Source: Salpingoeca rosetta (Eukaryota > Protista > Choanoflagellata). Taken from it: a stretch of 64,000 nt of DNA. Positions 31,204-64,000 of the stretch are shown here, piece after piece. The DNA lies in the NCBI GenBank assembly GCA_033442325.1, contig JAWQFM010000034.1, positions 197,037-261,036 of the forward strand. The letters are read 5' to 3'. Numbering within the stretch: position 1 is the stretch's first letter; every line of letters begins with the position of its first letter. A program made the translations under genes and the position numbers. The notes beneath the pieces were generated by a model. That model was not told the DNA's origin. It was given only the letters and a program-made list of their open reading frames with translations, and made no database searches.

Positions 31204-34200
31204 TCACACCCACGAGATGCGGGCTGCGTGTGTGACGACAGTTGCCAGTGGCGGCAGGGCCATCGACGACGACGACGACGACGACGACACGGATGGAAGT
31301 GCTCCACGTCGCTCATCATGGCTGCTCTCACCATCAGAACCATCGGCACCATCGCCATCAGCGCTCTGCTCGCCGACAGCCGGTTGCTGTCCTTGCTGGT
31401 GCTGGTGCTGGTGCTGGTGCTGCATCATCATGATCACGTGCTGCCGGAAGCAGACAAGGTCGTCCCCATCGTCACTCCCGCGTACGCGCATGCTGAACCC
31501 GCGGCGCTGGCGCCACGACAGCGCTGACGATGACAATGACGACGACGACGACATGGACGGTGCGGTGGAGGATGGTGCTGGTGCTGCGCCATCGCTTTTG
31601 GCCGCCTTCACAGCAGGAAGGCCAACACACGACGCACGCCGTGGCTGCTGCTGCTGCTGCTGCTGTGCAAGTGGCGGTGCTGGTGCTGCAGTGTCCACAA
31701 TGGGGTCGCGTGTCCATCGCCACGAGAGACGGCGGCGACTGGAGCGACGGCACACCGCGGGCGGTGATGGTGATGATGATGATGACGAGGCCGCCAGCCC
31801 CTTCCCCACCGCTGCCATCCCCGTCGAGGTCGACAGCGCTGCCGACGACGATGTGGACGCGGCGTCCGTGTGCCCGAAGTTGCGTGGACCATCGCGGTTG
31901 GTTGCACCGGACATGGGCGAGGCGAGCTGCGATGGTGCGGCGCTGCCAAGACCAGGCGACAGCGGGGACGCGAGCGCAGACACGTGTGCCGACGACGACG
32001 ACGACGACGACGATGACGATGGGCTGGTTGGCGCTGTTGCCGGCCAGCGAATGGCGGCGCCATCGCAGTCGAGCATCTGCAGCAGTGACGCGGGCGCGTG
32101 CTGCGGCCACTCATGTGCTTGTTGCTGCTGCTGCTGAGCACCGCGGCTCACCTTGGCCTTCTTCATCTCGGGCGTGCTTGCATGCAACGACGTTGTTGCA
32201 ATGCAGCGGCGCAGCGTGCGCGTGGACGACGAGGGTGAAGACATCGCCGATGACGACGCCGAGGAGGATGCAGACGAAGAAGAAGACGCGCCACCGTTGC
32301 GACGGGCAGCAGCGAGGTGCTGTGTTGCCAGCTGCTCCGACAGCACTGTTGTCTCGCAGTCGGCGGCTGCCGTCGCCTCAGACGCCTCAAACTGGGCGCC
32401 ATCAAACGAGAAAAAGCTGGCAAAGCTCAGCCCGCGCTTCGTCATTGTGCGGGCACGGTGTCCATCACCATCCACATCGCCAGCAGCACGGCGCGGCTGC
32501 TTCCGGGAGCCCTTCTTGCTCTTCTTGGCCGCGCGTGAGGATGATGACGACGGTGTTGCCGACGATGTTGTCGACGATGGTGCTGTTGCCGATGTTGCCG
32601 CTGCAGACGAGCCGTGTCGCGATGCAAATGGAGTGGAGAAGGAGAACGGAAGACCCGGCAGTCGGCGGCGGCGCCGAGGCGACTGCTTCTGCTGTTGTTG
32701 CCGCTGTTGCTTCTGCTGTTGTTGCCGCTGTGGCTGTGGCTGTGACGTGCCTTCCTCGTCCTGCTGCTCTTGCTTTTGCTGCACCTCCTCAGCCTGCTGT
32801 CGCGCTGTGGGCGCGTGCAGCTGCTGCTGGTGGTCCTGAGCACCATAATCACCATCAACCCCAGCATGGCTGCTGCCTGGCAAGCCCTGCAGGAAAAAGT
32901 CAAACTCGTCCTCAGCCTCCAGCAGGGCTGCGAGCGTGGTGGTTCGCGGGGTGTGCGGGCCAATGCCCCCCGTGGAGGCGCGGCGAGCAGCACGGCGGCG
33001 CCCACCAGCCGATGCAGATGCTCCCGCGGCGCGTGTTGTGGCCGTCGTGCTGGCGACGGCGTGGTGGTGCTCACGCTGTGGCTGCCGCTCAGCACGGCCA
33101 TCGCCAGCAGCGGTTGCGTCGTCGGTACTCTCGTCATCGTCGTCATCGTCGTCGTCATCACCATCCTCCAGCACAGCGCCGAGGCGGGCAATGGCGTCGT
33201 CGTGGGCGTGTGGCGGCGTGATGCGGCCCGTCTGGCCGTTGTTCAGGTGCCCCTCAACACCGGCGTGGTGGTCGCCAAGGATGGACGTCGTGCTGTACAC
33301 CTGCAGGTCGCCCAGCATCACCCGGCTCCCGCGACGCGCCGAACCGCCAGCTGCTGCAGCAGCAGCTGCTGCAGTGGTGGTGGTTGTATCGGGGGCAGCA
33401 TCGGCCGTGGCGTCCATGACCTGCTGCTGGTGCTCTTGCTTCGGCTCCTGCTGCTGCTGGTGTTGGTGGTGGTGTTGGAGTTGGGCTGCGTTGTCATCCG
33501 CTGCTGAAACTGCTGCCGCTGCTGCTTTGTCGGCAACGACAACAGGGCGGGTGACGCTGCTGAACGTGCTGCTGCAGTCGCCCATGACCAGGCCCACGTT
33601 GTCGTCGTCACTGCCGCACACGGACGATGCCGGTGACTCGTACAGGACAGCGCGCAGGCGCCGGCAGCCCTCGTTTGTCTGCAGAAACATACGCCGCCAC
33701 TTGCGCCGCTTCTTGGCCTCCCACGGCTGGCGCGAAAGCCCGCCCATGGCGAGGCGACAGGGGTCTGTCAGGTGCGCGGTGGGCGAGAAGTGGGCGCGGT
33801 CCACAAACGACATGATGTGCAGCCAGAGCTCCATGGGCAGCGAGGGCAGCTTGCTCTGCATGTCAAGCTGCTTCTTCACCCACATGACCACCTTCATTTG
33901 CGACCGCATGTCTTCGCCTGTGAGGTGGTGCGTGGCCGGGGACCACGGCAGCACGGCAAGCTTCACCAGCTGCACAAGCTCCTCGTCGACAGGCTTTGCG
34001 TTGGGGTATGCGCCCACGCGTGACGCAAGCTCGACGCAGCGGGGCGCCTCGCGGGCGGGATCCACGCCCATGCGAATCAGCTGGTGCACAAAGTCCGTGT
34101 CGCGCAGGTCGCAGGCAATCTCCAGTGGCGTGAGGCCGCGGATGTATGCCAGGTACGCGCGCACGGCCGGGAACTCGACGGCGAGGGCCGTGGCGTCGTG

Positions 34201-34691
34201 GCCGCGGCGGGTGGTGGCGGTCGTGTCGCTGCCACGCGAGGCAAGGTACTGCACCACAGGGAGGTGCCCGCGCTGGCAGGCGAGCAAAAAGGGCGTGTAC
34301 CCGCCCACGTCCTCCTCTGTGTGGGCGGCGGCGCCAAAGATCTTCTCCACCAGGTACTGCACGGTGGAGAGGTGGCCGCCGTTGGCAGCGGAGATGACCA
34401 CGCCCATCTGGGTGTTGTTGCGCTCCGAGGATCCAGAGCCGTTGTGGAGCAGAAACTCCACAACGTGCGTGTGCCCGCAGTAGGCGGCCAGCAGCAGCGG
34501 CGTGTCGCCGTTGTTGTTTCTCTCGGTGACTGACGCCCCTCGGTAGACGAGGTAGCGCACGAGCTCGATGGACCCGCCGCAGGCAGCCAGGATGAGGCTG
34601 CTGTAGCCGTCGTTGTCGCGCTCGTGGATGGAGCAGCCAAGGTTGTCCAGCCACTTGACTGTCTTCAACTGCGCACCGTTGGCAGCTGAGG

Positions 34692-34751
<60 letters not shown>

Positions 34752-35810
34752 GGTTGATTGCAGTGAGTATGGACGGATGGAGGTGTGAGGGGAGGTGGAG
34801 GTGTGGGCAAGTACGTGTGGAGGGAGGAGCGAAGGTGTTTAAGATACGGACACTCACACACACACACACAATGACATGGACATAAACACACACAGTCACT
34901 CACTCACAACAATACAAATACACACACAACACACACACACTGTCGTTTTGTTCTTACCAGAGAGGAGCGGGGTGAAGCCGCAGCTGTTGGTGTCTGTGAT
35001 GTTTGCGCCGAGCTCAATCAAGCGCTTGACAAGGGGGAGGTGTCCGCCATAGCACGCCAGCAGCAGCGCCGTGTCGCCGTTGTGGTTGACGGCGTGCAGG
35101 TTGAAGCCGTGGTCGTTGAGCAGCCACTCGACAATCTCTGTGCGCCCGCCATTGGCCGCAGAGAGGAAGATGCAGTGGCCGTTGAAGTTGCGCTCCGTAA
35201 GCGAGGCACCGCGCTCGAGAAGGAAGTCAATGACGTGGCGGTGGCCGCCCCACGCGGCAAAGAGGAGGGCCGTGTTGCCGTCGTGGTCGCGCTCCTCAAT
35301 GGAGAAGTGGTGGTCGTCCAGGAGCCAGCGCAGCATGTCCAGGTGCCCGCCGCACGCGGCCTGCAGCACCGCCGTGTGGTGCTTCTGGTTGTGCTCGTGG
35401 AGGGAGCGCCCGCGCGCGAGGAGCAGCTCAACAACGTCGCGGTGGCCGCCGTACACGCTGTACAGCAGCGGCGTGTTGCCGACGACATCTGTGCAGCCCA
35501 GGTCGGGGGAGAACGTGTCCAGGAGCCAGAGCACGAGGTCCTTGGCCCCGCCCCAGCAGGCATAGTGCAGCACGTTGCCCTTGCGGCGGTTGTCGGCGTC
35601 TGTGTCTGTCCACGCGGCGCCCTGTGTGAAGAGGAAGCGCACCACGTCGCCGTGGCCGCGGCGGGCGGCGAGCAGGACGGGGGTGGAGCCGTCGCTCGTG
35701 TGCGCCTTGAGCATGTCTTGGCCGTATCTGTGCACGAGCTTTGTGACGAGCTCCAGGTTGCCGTGGGCGGCAGCCTTGAGCATCTGCGATTCTTCAGGGG
35801 ATCGACCCAT
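31204..35810 (-). CDS. Ankyrin-repeat protein (about 1444 aa): about 13-14 N-terminal ANK repeats, an F-box-like motif and a long low-complexity tail
   Basis: Exons 35810-34958 and 34685-31204 with a phase-1 GT-AG intron total 4335 nt in frame. Repeated units include GNTPLLYSVYGGH, GNTALLFAAWGGH, GDTALLLACYGGH and GYTPFLLACQRGH. Confidence 0.9.
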
Positions 35811-35966
35811 CTTGAACTGTTCGCTCGGTCGGTTGGTCGGTTGGTTGGTTGGTGAAGACGTAAGTCGTGGGAGTGACTGGTGTGAGTCACTGCGAAAAGA
35901 GAAGCCGAAAGAGAGGAGACAGGAGTTGGATTCAACAACAGAGGAGTCGTTGGTGTAGTTGTTGTC

Positions 35967-35997
<31 letters not shown>

Positions 35998-36144
35998 GGT
36001 GGTGGTGGTGGTGGTGGAGCAAGTGATGGGACAAGGGAGCATGAATGAATGAAACGAGCACGGGTTCGTGTCGTGCAAAGCAAGCAGGCCGAGCGAGCAA
36101 GGAAGCATGGAAGGATGAGAGCGAAAAGGGGTGAAGGGAAGGAA

Positions 36145-36220
<76 letters not shown>

Positions 36221-36293
36221 AAGGGGAAGGTTGAGTTGACAGCCCACACAAGGATGGGAAGAAGGAGGACACCCAAACCAAGGGAGCAGGTGC

Positions 36294-36345
<52 letters not shown>

Positions 36346-38175
36346 AAGAAGCGTGAGTGAAGATGGAATGCAGTGAAGACAAAGCGTGACACACAAAAGG
36401 TGTGTCGTGTCGTGTCGTGTGTGTGTGTGTGTGTGTGTCTTGTGTGTGTGTTGTGTTGTGGCAAACGCAGCACACAATGCACACGCTCAGCGCTGAGAAA
36501 CCCGCTCGTGTACACAGCAAACACACAGGCGCACATGGGTTACGAACCGTGTTTGGGGGTCTAGTTGACGTGAGTTAATCGAAGGAAAGGGAAAGCGAAA
36601 GCGATAATGGACAAGAACGCTCGGGTTTCTTGTTCTCGCCGCGTGGTGGTGGTGGTGGTGGTGGTGATTGGTCTTGGGACTCAGCAAGGCATGCAACTGC
36701 GTCTCACAGTCACGCGGACACACGACTTAAGGTGCGAAGTTGGGGCCGTGAGAAAGTAGAGAGGATGTGTGACACACGCGCGAAGGTGGTCGCGAGCAAT
36801 TGCAGCGAGAAAAAGGAGTGCTGAAGATGGGAGGAGGAGATGACGGTGGTGGTGGTGTGTTTGCGAGCGGGCTGCCTTCGACTCGAGCGAAAGGTGGCCA
36901 GCAAGCACGATCACACAAAAGTGGGAGGAGAAAAGCGAGGAAGAAGCCGCAGAGCAGAGGACTCTGTCCACAAAACAAAACAAAACTCAGGAGGTGTGGA
37001 TGGATATGAGTGCTGCTAGTGCAGACACTGAAAACTCAGGAGAAGGAGGAGGAGGAGAGAGGTGGCCCGGTTTGCGTGGAAGACAAGGGTGGGGGTGGCA
37101 AGGGAAAATGAGGCTGTGGCTGCTTCAGGTGATGGAAGCAACAACAAGCACAGCCACGGGGGGGGGGGGGGGGGGGGGAAAGGTGGAGAAGTGAAGCAAG
37201 GGGGAAATGGAAGGTGTTGGCTGCTTGCTTGGTGGCTGCTTGTGGCTGGGTTGGAATGCCTTGGCGGTGCAGATTTCTTTGCCTAACAACCGGTCCGTGC
37301 ACCCATCAACGGTGCTCGCACAGGTGAAGCTTGTGGGCGCGCCTGTGTCGTGGTTGCACGGGGAAACACACACGCGCACGACGATGGAATGCGCGGACGT
37401 ATGTTTGTATGTGTGTGTGTGTGTGTGTGTGGCGTCAAAGCAAAATAGCGTGAGTCTCCCGCTTGCGCGTGCGTGCGTGCGTGCGTGTGTTTGTGGCGGC
37501 GACACAGCCAGCCAGCCTGGCAGAGCAGAAGAGAAGAGGAGGCGGGGTTGTGGAAACCAAAACAAATACACAAAAAGAGATGGCGCGCTTGGTTGCGCTT
37601 GGTGGTGGGCGCTGGAACTTGCCGCACGTATGCGGGGTTGGGAGACATGGTGGTGGACAGTGGGACACTCGGCAAGGCCGCAAAGCAAGCAAGCAAAGGT
37701 CGGCCTTGGTTGTGGCCTTGCTTGCTTCGCTTGTCCCACCAGTGGACACAAAAGCGTGCGTATGCAAGCAGAAAGAAGCAAGAGGCAAGAAAAGCAGGCA
37801 GTGGACGTTTTTCATCAAGAGGAAAGCATGCATGCACGGAACGCGAGCAATGCCCGGTATCGTGGGTGCCACACACACAATACCTGCGTGTGAATCGACG
37901 TGCGCGATATGCCAAGGCGCGGTAGCGTTGGTGATAGCGTTGATGGTAGCGTTGATGGTAGCGTGCGCCCAACTGTCCCGTAAGCGCGAACGTTTCTCGT
38001 GTGGGACATTCGCCACTTGCGCAGGTGGCGTTGAAAAGGTGCTCGTTAAATGCGCATCGAATTCTGGTACCGGAAAACTATTTTATGGTGTCGATTAATG
38101 TAAACACTGAACATTTGCGCGACAGTGCGACATGCAAAAATAGTGTTGATGTGTGAACGAAGGGAGGCAGCTACG

Positions 38176-38252
<77 letters not shown>

Positions 38253-38325
38253 ATACACACACTCATACACCCATACACACACACTCATACACACACAACA
38301 CACACAACACACACACACAGAGTTG

Positions 38326-61733
<23,408 letters not shown>

Positions 61734-61957
61734 GCGGGCAACTGATGTTGATGAGTGTGAGGGTGTAGCGAGGCGTGACAGTTGAGGTGTGAGTTGGTTG
61801 GAAGGAGAGGAGAGGGCAGTTGCTTGCTTGCTTGCTGTCTTGGGTGTGCGCCGTTGCAGCTCAACTACTTTTAATGGTGTTTTGAACTGTTTCAGTTGTC
61901 GTCGTGTTGTGTGTGTGTGTGTTCGTGTGTGTGTGTGTGTGTGTGTCTGTGTGGGGG

Positions 61958-62003
<46 letters not shown>

Positions 62004-62641
62004 TGTGTGTGTCTGTGTGTCTGTGTGTGTCTGTGTGTCTGTGTGTGTCTGTGTGTGTCTGTGTGTGTGTGTGTCTGCCTTCCTCTCTCAGTTCTATGCG
62101 TCTCTCCCCGTATCTCTCAAGTCTATACGTGACTACAGCAGCAACGACGGCATGGAAAATGAAAGAAGAAGAAGAAACAAAAGGAGAAAGCAACAGTGAG
62201 AAGCAAGGCAGGACGGCGCCATGGAGCCAACAAGCACAAGACCTCCAACCACAACAAGAAGCGGGAATGCAGGCGATCCTGCGTCATCACACCAAAACCA
62301 CCTCAAGACAACGAACGCCACATGTGGGACGGGTCAGAGACAAGACAGCAATCACAAGGAAACAAAGGCAAGGGGGGCGGGAAAAGAGCCTGTGGGTGCA
62401 AGTGAGAATGGGCAGGAGAAAGCACTGAAATGAAATGTGATGAAATGCAATGAAATGATGACAGCAACAACAACATATGTAAATGACAAGACAACTGATT
62501 TTGAGTAACGACGAGCAAAGTGGGCAGCTTGCAGCGTGCAAGTGCTGGAACTGCGAGTGATGGCGAAGTGTAGCACTGGACCTGACGATGGCTGTGTACC
62601 TGACATACCCCCTCGTACACCGGCCCATGACACGTGCACGT

Positions 62642-62943
62642 TTACGAGCCCTTTGCCTTGCGCAGCTTGTCTCTGTAGAGGGTCATGAGAGGGTTCTTGG
62701 TCATGGCAGCCGTCAGCTTCACAATCCAGTCGTTCATCTCCTCCTCGCTCGTCGTCTGCATCTTGTACGACGAGTGGTGGCCCTGGCAAGTGGCGGTGGT
62801 TGTGTATGTGTACGTGTGCATATGTGTATGTGTGTGTGTGTGTATGCGTGTATGTGTGTATGTGTGCGTGTGTGTGGCAATGGGTGAGGTGTTTGATGTT
62901 GCTGCTTGCTCACAGCCAGCGAAGGTGCATCACGCTGTGCAAG

Positions 62944-63009
<66 letters not shown>

Positions 63010-63396
63010 NNNNNNNNNNNNNNNNNNNNNNNNNNNNNNNNNNNNNNNNNNNNNNNNNNNNNNNNNNNNNNNNNNNNNNNNNNNNNNNNNNNNNNNNNNN
63101 NNNNNNNNNNNNNNNNNNNNNNNNNNNNNNNNNNNNNNNNNNNNNNNNNNNNNNNNNNNNNNNNNNNNNNNNNNNNNNNNNNNNNNNNNNNNNNNNNNNN
63201 NNNNNNNNNNNNNNNNNNNNNNNNNNNNNNNNNNNNNNNNNNNNNNNNNNNNNNNNNNNNNNNNNNNNNNNNNNNNNNNNNNNNNNNNNNNNNNNNNNNN
63301 NNNNNNNNNNNNNNNNNNNNNNNNNNNNNNNNNNNNNNNNNNNNNNNNNNNNNNNNNNNNNNNNNNNNNNNNNNNNNNNNNNNACGCCTCTCGTAT

Positions 63397-63464
<68 letters not shown>

Positions 63465-63771
63465 CAATACCACCATCACCATCATCATCATCACCACCAT
63501 CATCGCCACCACCATCATCATCATCACCACCGCCACCATCATGTGCATGTGCACGGGCGCACCTTCCTTGAGCATCCACCCGCTCTTCTCCGCGTCAACA
63601 AACGTCTCCACAAATCCGTCGTTCGTGTCGTGCAGGTCAAACTCTTTGTCGCGGATGCTCTCGTAAATGCGCTGGTGGGCAGAGATGGCGAGAGGTTGAG
63701 GAGTGGGAGGGGGATTGGAGGAGGTGAGGTGGTCGTGGTTGTGTTGTGTTGTGTGTGTGTGTGTGTGTGTG

Positions 63772-63859
<88 letters not shown>

Positions 63860-64000
63860 CTGGTTTTGCAACGTGTCACACGTTTAGAGGTAAACACCGC
63901 AAGCGCCACCACCACCACCACCACCACCACCACCACCACCATCAACACATACGGTGAGCAGGTCAGCGTCCAGGCTGCCGCCGTTGTCAATTCCACGGTT
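62642..64000 (-). CDS. CYTH: Cytohesin/ARNO/GRP1-family Arf-GEF, 3' part (end of Sec7, PH, polybasic tail); partial
   Basis: Exons 64000-63953 (NRGIDNGGSLDADLLT), 63671-63563 (RIYESIRDKEF..TFVDAEKSGWMLKEG), [gap], 62782-62642 (GHHSSYKMQTTSEEEMNDWIVKLTAAMTKNPLMTLYRDKLRKAKGS*). These match cytohesin NRGINEGGDLP..LYESI..TFFNPDREGWLLKLG..GNH..EEWI..RDPFY. Confidence 0.88.
63010..63383. other. Assembly gap (probably holds PH-domain exons of the cytohesin gene)
   Basis: Run of N. Confidence 1.

Noticed and set aside
36500-38150. ORFs of about 200 aa in the region upstream of the ankyrin gene
   Set aside because: They show no recognisable motifs or consistent splice structure, and overlapping ORFs occur in all frames; this is likely promoter or UTR sequence.

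Overview
This is eukaryotic, intron-rich genomic DNA saturated with (GT)n/(CA)n and trinucleotide microsatellites, with four assembly gaps. The style and gene content suggest a choanoflagellate such as Salpingoeca rosetta (inference). Most entries in the ORF track are microsatellite artefacts, so I rebuilt genes by hand from GT-AG splice sites and reading-frame continuity. About 13 genes are supported, in order: the 3' part of an ADAM10/17-like sheddase (+); a roughly 1190-aa low-complexity protein with a nuclear-receptor-like double C4 zinc finger (-); a small hydrophobic protein (-); a truncated CDK8-like kinase (+); a signal-peptide plus SAM micro-protein (-); a 4-exon 112-aa micro-protein (-); an LPCAT/AGPAT acyltransferase (+); an intronless divergent importin-alpha (-); a cytochrome b561 (+); a bacterial-type beta-lactamase-family serine hydrolase (+); a large ankyrin-repeat protein (-); a 23-kb WDFY3/ALFY-like PH-BEACH-WD40-FYVE gene (-); and the 3' end of a cytohesin Sec7-PH gene (-). 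The best novelty candidates are the nuclear-receptor-type DNA-binding domain in an apparent non-animal holozoan and a systematic 5'-(GU)n...(CA)n-3' polarity inside introns that could pair splice sites. All family calls come from motif recognition by eye; no database searches were run.
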